The notes under the pieces were generated by a model, which worked only from the letters and a program-made list of their open reading frames with translations, had not been told where the DNA came from and did no database searches. A DNA stretch of 42,310 bases from a virus. Shown here in pieces: positions 33,214 through 41,724 of this stretch; positions within the stretch are counted from its first letter, which is position 1, and every line of letters begins with the position of its first letter. The stretch is taken from IMG/VR virus record IMGVR_UViG_3300043538_000001, positions 1-42,310 of that record. The stretch is one strand, 5' to 3'. The position numbers were made by a program, and so were the translations under genes.

Positions 33214-34229
33214 GCGTTACCAACGGGCCAAGACTCGCGACGATGATCGCGGCACTCACCGGCGACTCGTTCGACGTCGACTTTCGGAAGTTTCTCAGGC
33301 AGTACCATGCGCTCGTTCAATGCTCGATCAAGAGCAAGACGCTCACCGCTCCCCCAGGCTCGCCGGCGAACGGCGACGCTTACATCGTCGGCGCCTCGGC
33401 AACGGGCGCCTGGGCAACTCACGACAAAGCGATCGCGCTCTGGACGACCGACAACCCGGCGACGCCGTCCGGCTTGTGGGAGTTCTACGGGCCGACGCGA
33501 GGCTTCCTAGCGTTCAACGAGGCCGACTCGAGCGTCTACGCTTACGACGGCACGACCTGGACGGCGATCGCCGGCGGCGCGGTCGGCGGCGTGACGAGCG
33601 TCGCCGGTCACACGGGCGCCGTAACCTTGGCCGAGTCTGACATCGGGAGCCTGGTCACGGATCTCGCGACGCTCGCCTCGGCGATCGCGGCCGTCAACAC
33701 CAGCGTCGCCGCGGGCACGGTCAACCCTGGCTACTTTATCAGCGCCGGGATGGGCCTCAACGCGATCTATGGCCCTTCCCTGACTCCCGGAACGATCAGT
33801 ACGACGAACAATCAGATTACGGGGTTCAAGTTCCCCCTGCCCTTTGCGATCCCCATCAATAAAATCTCGGTCAACGTGGTAGGCGCGGTATCTGGTAAGC
33901 ATGCCAATTTTGGAATCTACGACGCAACGGGGACGACGAAAATTCTGGATTCCGGAGCGCTCTTGTGCACGGCTCCCGGCATCAAGACGGTGAGCAAGAC
34001 CGCAACTCTGCCCATCGGAAACTACATCTACGTGCAGAGTGCCGACGATAGCGGCGTCCAGGTTGACGCGCTCAACCTCCCTGGGTTGAGCGGGTTGATT
34101 AACGTCGGCGTCACCCGCACTTTTCAAGCGGCAAACCCTACCGTCGCAGGAGTCCTGCCGTCCACCCTCGGCGCTCTGACGCCGGACAGCATTTTCCTAG
34201 CGATGGCGATCGCGCTGTTTCAGACGTAA
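33210..34229 (+). CDS. DUF2793-like tail fibre protein (339 aa)
   Basis: ATGA-coupled start. ...APPGSPANGDAYIVGASATGAWATHDKAIALWT...WEFYGPTRGFLAFNEADSSVYAYDGTTW matches the DUF2793 N-terminal pattern found next to GTA-type tail genes. Confidence 0.7.
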   Translation: MSVTNGPRLATMIAALTGDSFDVDFRKFLRQYHALVQCSIKSKTLTAPPGSPANGDAYIVGASATGAWATHDKAIALWTTDNPATPSGLWEFYGPTRGFLAFNEADSSVYAYDGTTWTAIAGGAVGGVTSVAGHTGAVTLAESDIGSLVTDLATLASAIAAVNTSVAAGTVNPGYFISAGMGLNAIYGPSLTPGTISTTNNQITGFKFPLPFAIPINKISVNVVGAVSGKHANFGIYDATGTTKILDSGALLCTAPGIKTVSKTATLPIGNYIYVQSADDSGVQVDALNLPGLSGLINVGVTRTFQAANPTVAGVLPSTLGALTPDSIFLAMAIALFQT

Positions 34230-34254
34230 GATCGACTTTTAGGAGCGTGGCTTT

Positions 34255-34623
34255 TTGAACTTCGGTACCGTCGACGAGGGGCAGGGAATCACCGATCCTC
34301 GACGGATGTCTGTCTCCGTCCTGGACGCGATCTCGAGTGGTGAATATCGCGATGAGCGGCTGTACTTGCTGAAGACGATCGAACGCCTCGAGGATGCGAG
34401 CATCAAGCAAACCGAGACGATAGGCCGGCTGAAAGAGGTCGTCGACAAATCGAAGACGGATCTCAATGACGCACATCGCAAGATCAAAGGGCTCACGAGC
34501 TCGAGCGACGGGTTCGGCGGTCGGCTGACGAAGACGGAGATCAAGTCGGGCTATATTTCGGCCGGCGTCGGGCTCGGGCTCGCGATTATTTTCGAGATCG
34601 GAAAGCACTTTTTTCACGTATGA
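34255..34623 (+). CDS. Coiled-coil protein with a C-terminal TM anchor (122 aa); fibre accessory or lysis-associated
   Basis: TTG start 9 nt after AGGAG. Central coiled coil (LEDASIKQTETIGRLKEVVDKSKTDLNDAHRKIKGL). The C-terminus is YISAGVGLGLAIIFEIGKHFF. Its stop overlaps the endolysin ATG. Confidence 0.55.
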   Translation: MNFGTVDEGQGITDPRRMSVSVLDAISSGEYRDERLYLLKTIERLEDASIKQTETIGRLKEVVDKSKTDLNDAHRKIKGLTSSSDGFGGRLTKTEIKSGYISAGVGLGLAIIFEIGKHFFHV

Positions 34624-35258
34624 CGGAGCCGATCAAATCAGCGTCGATCGTCCTCGCGCTCGGCGCCGCGGCTTACCAGGACGCCATCCTCGAGAATTGG
34701 CCGCTCGTCTTTGCCGCTCTTGAGGTTCACGGGATCGACGAGATCCCGACGCAAATCGCCGCGATCGGAACCGTCGCCGTCGAGACTGGCCGGTTCTCGC
34801 CGATCAAAGAGAAGGGCGGGCCGGCTTACTTCACGAAGCTCTACGAGGGACGCGAGGACCTGGGGAACCTTCAAGAAGGCGACGGTCCGCTCTTCCGCGG
34901 CCGCGGCTATATCCAGATCACCGGCCGCGCCAACTACACCGATTACGGACGCGAGATCGGCGCCGACCTGGTAGGGAATCCGGATCTCGCGCTCGATCCC
35001 GCGATCGCTGCTGAAGTCCTCGCGATCTATTTCAAAAACAAGGGGATCCCGGCGCTCGCCGCGGCCGGCAAGTGGGAAGCGGTTCGCCGGCGCGTGAACG
35101 GCGGGCTCAACGGCTGGGCTCGATTCCTCGAGGTCGTCACCGCTCTACAGCAAGTCGTCGCTCTCTCACAAGTCGGAAACACGGCCGTCGCGAGCGCGGA
35201 ACAAAAACCCGCTGATCCGTCGGCAACCCCCGACGTGATCGGCGACGTCGAGGTTTAG
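34620..35258 (+). CDS. Endolysin, glycoside hydrolase family 19 (chitinase-like lysozyme)
   Basis: ...VAVETGRFSPIKEKGGPAYFTKLYEGREDLGN...FRGRGYIQITGRANYTDYG...GNPDL... contains the GH19 catalytic Glu context and the GRG-IQ(I/L)T-NY signature. Confidence 0.85.
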   Translation: MTEPIKSASIVLALGAAAYQDAILENWPLVFAALEVHGIDEIPTQIAAIGTVAVETGRFSPIKEKGGPAYFTKLYEGREDLGNLQEGDGPLFRGRGYIQITGRANYTDYGREIGADLVGNPDLALDPAIAAEVLAIYFKNKGIPALAAAGKWEAVRRRVNGGLNGWARFLEVVTALQQVVALSQVGNTAVASAEQKPADPSATPDVIGDVEV

Positions 35259-35267
35259 GAGAAAACC

Positions 35268-35417
35268 ATGTTCGAGGGAATTGTGATCGGAATCGTGATC
35301 GGCTGCGGCGCCGGCGTCATGTTCGGAAAGTACGTTTATTCGGAGGCGACTTCGATCAAAGCTCACATTACGGGCGAGATCAAATCGCTCGAGGAGCGCG
35401 TCAAGGCACGGCTGTAG
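35268..35417 (+). CDS. Small single-TM protein (49 aa), not in the ORF track; lysis-cassette candidate (holin/antiholin-type)
   Basis: ATG 35268 follows AGGAGAA (35257-35263). Manual translation gives MFEGIVIGIVIGCGAGVMFGKYVYSEATSIKAHITGEIKSLEERVKARL*, ending at TAG 35415-35417. Confidence 0.5.
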   Translation: MFEGIVIGIVIGCGAGVMFGKYVYSEATSIKAHITGEIKSLEERVKARL

Positions 35418-35470
35418 AAACAAAACTCTCCCGACTCCCCCGTTCTTGGTAGGTCTCGAAAGGGGAATCC

Positions 35471-35722
35471 ATGCTCACGTACGCTAAGAAGTTTTTCGAT
35501 AACACCGACGCGACCGCGTCGCTCCGGAATGCCGCGTTCGCTCTCGTCGTCGGCGCCGGCGTGATCTTCCTCGGCGCTCAACTCATCGTCGGGCTCATCA
35601 AGACGGGGACCGGAATAACCGGCGACTGGAACATGGGGCTCGGGATCCTCACCGGCGCGGCCGCGGGAACCAAGATCGCCGGCAACCGAGATCGGCCGAC
35701 CGACGACAAGGACAAAGCGTAA
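35471..35722 (+). CDS. Holin-like membrane protein (83 aa, 2 TM, charged C-terminus)
   Basis: AAFALVVGAGVIFLGAQLIVGLI and MGLGILTGAAAG are hydrophobic segments, followed by the basic/acidic tail NRDRPTDDKDKA. It lies next to the endolysin. Confidence 0.55.
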   Translation: MLTYAKKFFDNTDATASLRNAAFALVVGAGVIFLGAQLIVGLIKTGTGITGDWNMGLGILTGAAAGTKIAGNRDRPTDDKDKA

Positions 35723-36396
35723 TGAACTTCCTCCGAGCTCACTGGTCGATCGTCGCCGCGGGGATCTTGATGTTCTTGCTCGCCTGGTTCATCTACAGGC
35801 CGAAACCCGCTCCTCCGGAACCCCCACGGCCGGCCGTGCGGCAAAAAGACGGATCGCTCGAGCTCGAGCGCGCTCCCCAGCTCCCAGGCACGCCGGCGCA
35901 ACTCAAACCCGCGGGGATCATCCCGAAGGGCGGCAAGGTCGAGCGCGAGATCCGCGTTACAATCGACCCCAATGTGGCTCCCTCAAGAGCGGGAGACGGG
36001 ACTCCTCAAGACGTGGCTCGAGGACTCCCGCTCTCCCGAGCATCGATGGACGCCTCGGGTCGACCGTCAAATATATTTGACGACCCCAAGTCGCCGGCCG
36101 GTCCGCGATGTCCCCAGGTCACCGTCGATCTCTCCCTGGTCCGGATGCCAGATCAGACCAGGCGCGTGATCGCGAGCTCCCCGAACGGCGCCGTCGTCGG
36201 CGGGCTCGATGTCCCGATCGACAATCCGAAGCTCCCGGCGATCCCACGCTGGACCGCGTCGGCGCTCGTCGGCTACGACTCGAGCGCGAAGCGGGATGTT
36301 TTCGGCGGCGCGGTCCAGTACAAGAAAGGGCCGTTCGTCTTTACCGGCGGCGTGATCGGGGGGACAGTCTTCACGGGCGCGGGGATCAGCTTCTAA
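35722..36396 (+). CDS. N-terminally anchored, Pro-rich envelope protein (224 aa); possible spanin-like function
   Basis: TAATG-coupled start. TM segment WSIVAAGILMFLLAWFIY, then PKPAPPEPPRPA. The Gly-rich C-terminus is ...GGVIGGTVFTGAGISF. Confidence 0.5.
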   Translation: MNFLRAHWSIVAAGILMFLLAWFIYRPKPAPPEPPRPAVRQKDGSLELERAPQLPGTPAQLKPAGIIPKGGKVEREIRVTIDPNVAPSRAGDGTPQDVARGLPLSRASMDASGRPSNIFDDPKSPAGPRCPQVTVDLSLVRMPDQTRRVIASSPNGAVVGGLDVPIDNPKLPAIPRWTASALVGYDSSAKRDVFGGAVQYKKGPFVFTGGVIGGTVFTGAGISF

Positions 36397-36412
36397 GGTG
36401 TAAGATCTCCGC

Positions 36413-36748
36413 ATGCAAACGATCCGGCTCGAAAACCACGATCGCGTCCTGGTCGACCAGGTCGAGATCCAGGCACACGGCGAACCCGATGCCGTTCTAT
36501 ACATGGACCGAGTCTTTGTTCGGCTCCCGATGCAGCTCAAGGAACCTCCGACGAAGAACTCTCCCGAGGTCTACGTCGAAGCGTCGACGATGACAGTCGA
36601 GCCCGCGGTCGTTCATCCGTCCGGTCCGGCGCCGGCGTTCGACAAGGTCACCGAGACGATCCCAATCGATCGCTCGAGGGACATCTTCCAGCCAAGCATC
36701 GAAGCGGATCCGCCGGCGGAGAAAAAACACTGGTACGGGAACCGCTAG
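36413..36748 (+). CDS. Hypothetical protein (111 aa), last gene of the late block
   Basis: ORF with an ATG start. No motif recognised. Confidence 0.5.
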   Translation: MQTIRLENHDRVLVDQVEIQAHGEPDAVLYMDRVFVRLPMQLKEPPTKNSPEVYVEASTMTVEPAVVHPSGPAPAFDKVTETIPIDRSRDIFQPSIEADPPAEKKHWYGNR

Positions 36749-36750
36749 GC

Positions 36751-36794
36751 TGTGGATTCCTTTGTGGAAAAGTGGAAACCGGCATTTTGTGAAG
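36751..36794 (+). repeat. Cluster of short direct repeats (tGTGGAttcc, tttGTGGAaaa, GTGGAaacc, ttttGTGAAgc)
   Basis: GTGGA occurs at 36752, 36764 and 36772, and GTGAA at 36789. This opens a 348-bp lower-GC non-coding region between the late and early gene blocks. Confidence 0.6.
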
Positions 36795-37096
36795 CTCCTC
36801 TAAAGTATTGAAACCATGAGGCCAACCGGCCGGCGCTGGTTTTGCCATAGACAGACGGGGATCACCGGGATAGACTCCTCGAGTTGGGTTGAGTCCGTCT
36901 TTAGAAATTGCCTGCGTCCGATAACAAGTACAGCGTAACAACTCGGATAGTGGCGAAAGAGTAAAGACGGTCTCGTCCCCAAACGAGACCTAAATGGCCG
37001 AGTCCTTTCCAATCTCACAACGAGAACCCCGTTCTGGAACTACACCCCTAGACTCGCGTCCCGTTCCCCTATTAGAATCTCCCTCCCCTGAACCCC

Positions 37097-37792
37097 GTGA
37101 ACGGGGGAAAGGGAATAGTGGGACGACCTCGCGTTCTAGATCGAGTTCAGGAGTATCTCGATCGCGCAAAGTACGAAGAAACCGATCCCTGGCTCGCGGA
37201 CGACTATTGCGTCGCCGCGGACACGATCCGCAACCTCCGACAGGGATGGCTCGTCCGGCCGTGGGAGCTTGCCTTCGCGATGTACTACGGCATGCATCCC
37301 TTAAAACTGATCCCGATCTTCCTCGAGCGGGATCGAAAGCGTCGAGAGCTCGGTCCGAGTCTCGGCGATCCCGGCGAAATGGAGCGCGTCCTAGCTCTCC
37401 TCGCTCTTCCCCCCAAAAAACCATCGCAATCCGTAGGGAGATCAAACGTGGAATCGAAACCCCGTCCGCGCGGTAGGCCGCGGCAAGTCTTCGCAGGCAA
37501 GTTCGGAAAGTTCGTGAACGCTTTCCGTGTTGAGAAGCTAGCAACCGAGCTCGATGTCGATCCGGCCGCGGTCTACTGCTGGATGCGAAACGAGTATTCG
37601 CCGACACCAATCAAAGCGATCGCAATCGTTGAAATCGCGAGGGGCGCGGGTTTCCGGCTCTCTCTCGAGGACATCTACGTCAACGAGGCACGCCTACACA
37701 ACGAGGAGAAAAACCGTCATGCAATTCTTCCCAGGGGCTCGAAGGAAAATCGAGCTCGCCGATTGGAAACCTCTCCGCAACGAGCAGGATGA
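37097..37792 (+). CDS. DNA-binding regulator with two HTH-like segments and GRPR motifs
   Basis: Track ORF from GTG 37097. GTG 37118, after GGGGGAAAGGGAA, is the more likely start. Contains ...ADDYCVAADTIRNLRQG... and ...VEKLATELDVDPAAVYCWMRNEYSPTPIKAIAIVEIAR (Cro/CI-type HTH). It is the first gene after the non-coding hub. Confidence 0.6.
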   Translation: MNGGKGIVGRPRVLDRVQEYLDRAKYEETDPWLADDYCVAADTIRNLRQGWLVRPWELAFAMYYGMHPLKLIPIFLERDRKRRELGPSLGDPGEMERVLALLALPPKKPSQSVGRSNVESKPRPRGRPRQVFAGKFGKFVNAFRVEKLATELDVDPAAVYCWMRNEYSPTPIKAIAIVEIARGAGFRLSLEDIYVNEARLHNEEKNRHAILPRGSKENRARRLETSPQRAG

Positions 37793-38393
37793 GAAGCGGA
37801 TCCGCTTCGATCTAGTGATGCCTTTGACCGGTCAGAGCTACGTTGGGATGCCGACGTTCGTCGGGCCGGCGTATGAGCAAATGGAACGCGAGGGGTCGGC
37901 GATCAAGGACTCCGATCTCCTCACCTCGATCGAGGACGTCACGCTCGAGCTCTACGCAACCGACCAGAGCGGACCGCTCGAGGTCGATTGGGGAATCGGG
38001 CTCGACGAGGCCGAGGCCGAGGCGCGCGATCGCAAGCGGAAAATGCTCCTCACGCGCTGCACGCTCAGGAACTTCAAGCTCGTCCGGATCTCGCGCGACA
38101 AGGACACGCTCGTCGCTCTCCAGTTTTCGACGACGACCAGGTCGACCCGCGGGCTCGCGGCATGGGCTCACGATTACAACGGGAAGACGCTTTGGGGCGA
38201 GTTCTCGATCGATTCTTCGCCTGGTCAAACGACGATCGACACGGGTCAGGCGTCGCTCCCGATGGCGGGCGCCGCGGCCGGCCGGAAACGCTGTCCCTTC
38301 CCGTCTTGCGTCGCGGACGATGAACACGACGGCGATCACGTCGACGCTTTCGGCGAGGTCCTCACGTCGCGGTCGGGAAGGATCGCGTCGTGA
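37719..38393 (+). CDS. Hypothetical early protein (224 aa)
   Basis: ATG 37719 lies 8 nt after GAGGAGAA. Trimmed from ORF 37554..38393. It overlaps the regulator ORF tail by 74 nt. Confidence 0.6.
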   Translation: MQFFPGARRKIELADWKPLRNEQDEKRIRFDLVMPLTGQSYVGMPTFVGPAYEQMEREGSAIKDSDLLTSIEDVTLELYATDQSGPLEVDWGIGLDEAEAEARDRKRKMLLTRCTLRNFKLVRISRDKDTLVALQFSTTTRSTRGLAAWAHDYNGKTLWGEFSIDSSPGQTTIDTGQASLPMAGAAAGRKRCPFPSCVADDEHDGDHVDAFGEVLTSRSGRIAS

Positions 38394-38623
38394 GCGGGGA
38401 ACCGAACACGATTTTCTCAGACGGGCAGATCCTTCACATCTTCGTCGAAGTGGCCAACGGACGCGAGCGACACGGGGATTTTCTCATGTCGCTCGCCGAG
38501 GCCGTTGCTCGAGCGGACACGGCGAACTTTGAACTCCTCCGGGACGCGGTTTGCTTGGTCATCGAGAAGTACGAGCTCCGGAAGTACCTCGACACATACG
38601 AGAACGGCGAGGCGACCGCATGA
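38390..38623 (+). CDS. Hypothetical protein (77 aa)
   Basis: GTG start overlapping the upstream stop (GTGA). Confidence 0.55.
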   Translation: MSGEPNTIFSDGQILHIFVEVANGRERHGDFLMSLAEAVARADTANFELLRDAVCLVIEKYELRKYLDTYENGEATA

Positions 38624-38832
38624 AGATCACGATCGAGGCGACCGAAAAGCTCACCAAGATCGACGGCGTCCCCGTCCGACTTTGGCACGGACTCACCGAA
38701 ACCGGCGCGCGATGCGAGGTTTTCGTCCATCTCATCGCGGTCCCCAAACAAGAGAACGCCGAGCAGTTTGAGCGCGAACTCCGCGAGCAAATCCCGCCGG
38801 GAGCGTTTTTCGACTTGAGGCACATCCTATGA
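38620..38832 (+). CDS. Hypothetical protein (70 aa)
   Basis: ATG 38620 is ATGA-coupled to the upstream gene. Trimmed from ORF 38551..38832. Confidence 0.55.
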   Translation: MKITIEATEKLTKIDGVPVRLWHGLTETGARCEVFVHLIAVPKQENAEQFERELREQIPPGAFFDLRHIL

Positions 38833-39065
38833 CGGCCGCGGAGATCAGACGAGACGGGATCAACTCGCCCGGAAACGCCTTCACGGGAGGCGGCGAGGCT
38901 GGGACCGATCGAGCGGTCGCGGAAAACATCGGCATCGTCGCCGGCGCTCTGATCGAGATCGCCGCGCAGCTCGCCGAGCTAAACGAGAAGCTCAACCCGA
39001 AGTCGCTCGTCGCCGCGATCGTCGAGATTCAGGGAACTCTCGACGCGGCGGAGCTCCCCCTTTGA
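38829..39065 (+). CDS. Hypothetical protein (78 aa)
   Basis: ATGA-coupled start. Confidence 0.55.
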   Translation: MTAAEIRRDGINSPGNAFTGGGEAGTDRAVAENIGIVAGALIEIAAQLAELNEKLNPKSLVAAIVEIQGTLDAAELPL

Positions 39066-39271
39066 GCGCGCCGGCGAAAGTCGCATGGATCGCTCTCATG
39101 AACGAATGCTCAAACTCGAAGTGTCGCCGGCGTCCCGTCGTCGCGGAGAAGCTCTCCGACTTTTGGGTGACGAAGTGTGAGGAGTGCAGCAAGCTCCCGA
39201 GCATCTCGCTCGACAAACACTCGATGTCGCGGATGCAAAAGGTCTACGGGAAGAAAGGTAAGGCCGCATGA
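39062..39271 (+). CDS. Small Cys-rich (zinc-ribbon-like) protein (69 aa)
   Basis: TTG start overlapping the upstream stop (TTGA). Contains NECSNSKC...TKCEEC cysteine pairs. Confidence 0.5.
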   Translation: MSAPAKVAWIALMNECSNSKCRRRPVVAEKLSDFWVTKCEECSKLPSISLDKHSMSRMQKVYGKKGKAA

Positions 39272-40317
39272 GCGCGCGCGCGCAATGGCTCGAGGCACGG
39301 CGCGCCGGCATCGGCGGATCCGACGCCGCGGCAATCCTCGGTCTCGATCCCTGGAAGTCGCCGCTCGACGTTTTCCGTTCCAAGGTCGAACCGGTCGAGG
39401 CTACCGAGGACGAGATCTTTCTCTTCAAGCTCGGACACCGGCTCGAGCCCGTGATCGCTGGACTCTACACCGACGAAACCGGCCGCGATCTCTGGTCGCC
39501 GGATCCGGAGGTCGTCCAACATCTCAAGTTTCCCGAGATCATCGGCTCGATGGATCGGCTCGCGCCGGCCGACGGCTGCGTCGTCGAGCTCAAGAGCGAG
39601 CATCAGTTCGCGGACAAGTTCGGAGATCCAGGAACCGACCAGGTCCCCGATCACTACGTGATCCAGTGCGCGCACTATATGGCCGTCGCGGATCTCGATC
39701 GATGCGACGTCGCCGTCCTTCACGGCGGTTTCAAGTTCTCGATCTACCAGCTACACCGGGACCTCGAGCTCGAGCGATCGCTCCTCGACCAGCTCCGCGG
39801 ATGGTGGTCCGATCACGTCGTAAAGCGCGTCGAACCTCCGATCGATGCGTCCGAGTCCTGGGCGAACTTTCTCTCGATCAAATACCCGTTCAACAAAGGC
39901 AAGGTCCTCGAGGTCGACGAGAACTCTCACCCCGCTCTCATGCGCGACGTCTACAACGTCCTCAACTATGGCGACACGATCAAAGCCCTCAAAGGCCGGC
40001 TCGAGCAAGCGAAGAACCAGGTCCGCGCGTTCATCGCCGAGAACGACGGGATCCGCGGGCCGTGGGGAAAGATCACTTGGCGGCTCTGCAAAGACTCGAC
40101 CGAGACGCGAATCAATTTCGACCAGGTCCTCGAGCAGCTCGCAAAGCGATACGAGATCCCGGACACCGAGCTCGCCGATCTCCGCGAGGAAGCGATGCAA
40201 TCGGTCATCACGAAAAAGGGCGGTCGCCGGTTCGTTCCGAAGCGCGCGAAAGAAGTCAACGAGCAGATGATTCCGGACGCGACACAAGAGGAGATGTTCG
40301 ACGATGCCCGCGGATGA
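39268..40317 (+). CDS. YqaJ-type viral recombinase exonuclease (lambda Exo-like)
   Basis: WLEARRAGIGGSDAAAILGLDPWKSPLDVF...GHRLEPVIAGLY...GSMDRL...VVELKS...QVPDHYVIQCAHYM is the canonical YqaJ/PD-(D/E)xK exonuclease pattern. Confidence 0.85.
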   Translation: MSARAQWLEARRAGIGGSDAAAILGLDPWKSPLDVFRSKVEPVEATEDEIFLFKLGHRLEPVIAGLYTDETGRDLWSPDPEVVQHLKFPEIIGSMDRLAPADGCVVELKSEHQFADKFGDPGTDQVPDHYVIQCAHYMAVADLDRCDVAVLHGGFKFSIYQLHRDLELERSLLDQLRGWWSDHVVKRVEPPIDASESWANFLSIKYPFNKGKVLEVDENSHPALMRDVYNVLNYGDTIKALKGRLEQAKNQVRAFIAENDGIRGPWGKITWRLCKDSTETRINFDQVLEQLAKRYEIPDTELADLREEAMQSVITKKGGRRFVPKRAKEVNEQMIPDATQEEMFDDARG

Positions 40318-40504
40318 GCCAATCCTCAGAGTCAAGCGAACTCTCATTTACACCGGGCCGGAAGACTGGATCTTGCACAACGTCGCGCGCGCATTTGTGA
40401 AGTTAGAACAAGAGCTCGGCGAAGGGAAAACGATCTCGAGCACTTGGGGCGAGGTCGAGGTCGTCAAACCGAAAGGGGTTTCACCGGATGGCAACGGCAA
40501 TTAG
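40304..40504 (+). CDS. Hypothetical protein (66 aa)
   Basis: ORF bridging the exonuclease and annealase genes, overlapping them by 14 and 17 nt. Confidence 0.45.
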   Translation: MPADEPILRVKRTLIYTGPEDWILHNVARAFVKLEQELGEGKTISSTWGEVEVVKPKGVSPDGNGN

Positions 40505-41543
40505 CAGCAACGTAAACGATCGACTCGTAGAGAACGGGAACTCGATGGCTCTCGTCCTCGCCGCGCAACTCCAGGCCGAGGTCCAGGCGCAAGTCATCAT
40601 GGCCGAGCGCAACCCGCGCGATTGGGACCAGGTCCGCGAGAAGCTCCTCCGAGAATGCAAGCGGACATCGTTCGCCGAGGCCGCTCGCTACAACAAGCCG
40701 ATCGGGAAAGGCGTCGAGGGGTTCTCGATCCGGTTCGCCGAGGCCGCTATCCAGTGCGCGAAGCATGTACACGTGACGGTCCGGACGATCTACGAGGACG
40801 ACGAGCAACGGAAAATCCAGATCAAAGTCTTCGACGCTCAAGAGGGGATCAGTTACGCCGACGAGGTCTCGATCGAGAAAACCATCGAGCGGCGATCGGC
40901 GCCGGCCGGCTCGGACGTGATCCGGACGCGCAAGAACAAGAACGGCGATCAGCTCTACATCCTCGCCGCGACCGAGGACGATCTTCTCAACAAGACGAAC
41001 GCCGCGAAGTCGAAGTCGATCCGCAACTCGGGGCTCCGTCTCATCCCGGGATGGCTCCAGGCCGAGGCGCTCGATCTCATCAAGGCGACGGTCAAGTCTT
41101 CGGACGAGAAGAACCCCGACGCCGCAAAACAAAAGCTCTTCGACTCATTCGGCGAGCTCGGCGTCGACGTCTCATCGATCAAGAAATTTCTCGGTCACGA
41201 CGCCGGCGTTCTTACTCCAATGGAACTTCAAACACTCCGCGGGCTGTATGCCGCGATTCACGACGGCGAGACGACGATGTACCAGGTCCTCGTCGACCTC
41301 GAGAAAGAACGACATCGCGATCGCGAGAAGGATGCCGCGGCAATGAAGGGCGCCGAGGGCGAGGTCGTCGGTCACGCCGGCGGGACGGTCTCCTCGGTTC
41401 GCGACAAGATCTTGAACCGCGAGAAGAAGGCCGCGGCGCCGACGACGATCGACGGTTCGACAACAAGCTCCCCCAAGGGCGACGCCCCTGGGTCCGCGGG
41501 AAGTACGGAGAAAACGACCCCTCAGTCCGACCCGAAACCATAA
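40488..41543 (+). CDS. Putative single-strand annealing protein (recombinase partner of the exonuclease)
   Basis: 351 aa, immediately downstream of the YqaJ exonuclease. It has a structured N-terminal ~230 aa and a low-complexity acidic/Ser-Pro tail typical of SSAPs. I could not assign a family by eye. Confidence 0.45.
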   Translation: MATAISSNVNDRLVENGNSMALVLAAQLQAEVQAQVIMAERNPRDWDQVREKLLRECKRTSFAEAARYNKPIGKGVEGFSIRFAEAAIQCAKHVHVTVRTIYEDDEQRKIQIKVFDAQEGISYADEVSIEKTIERRSAPAGSDVIRTRKNKNGDQLYILAATEDDLLNKTNAAKSKSIRNSGLRLIPGWLQAEALDLIKATVKSSDEKNPDAAKQKLFDSFGELGVDVSSIKKFLGHDAGVLTPMELQTLRGLYAAIHDGETTMYQVLVDLEKERHRDREKDAAAMKGAEGEVVGHAGGTVSSVRDKILNREKKAAAPTTIDGSTTSSPKGDAPGSAGSTEKTTPQSDPKP

Positions 41544-41724
41544 CCCCCAGGCGCGCCGGCCGGCGAGAGTGAACGAATCCAGCTCAACGGCAAAGCTCGA
41601 CCGGCGTGCCTGTAACCCTCTAAAACCCTATGCTATCCCGTTTCCATCTCCGGAATTCAGCGAACTCCGTAGTCCCGCGGCCGTTCGAACCTTTCACGAT
41701 CAGACCGCTTTTCCGGAGAGCTTC

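Noticed and set aside
36820-36910. A tRNA-like or structured RNA gene in the late/early intergenic region (…gggttgagtccgtc…).
   Set aside because: There is no canonical T-loop (GTTCRAnYC) and no acceptor or anticodon stem arrangement that I could fold by eye. No tRNA signature was seen elsewhere either. A tRNAscan/Infernal run would settle it.
39177-41572. Long alternative-frame + strand ORFs (39177-40400, 40622-41572). Others of the same kind are 9314-10090, 12702-13637, 28204-29307 and 30048-30710.
   Set aside because: Their composition is extremely Arg/Gly/Ser/Pro-rich, and they overlap frames that encode recognisable proteins (YqaJ exonuclease, TerL, portal and tail proteins). They are off-frame artefacts.
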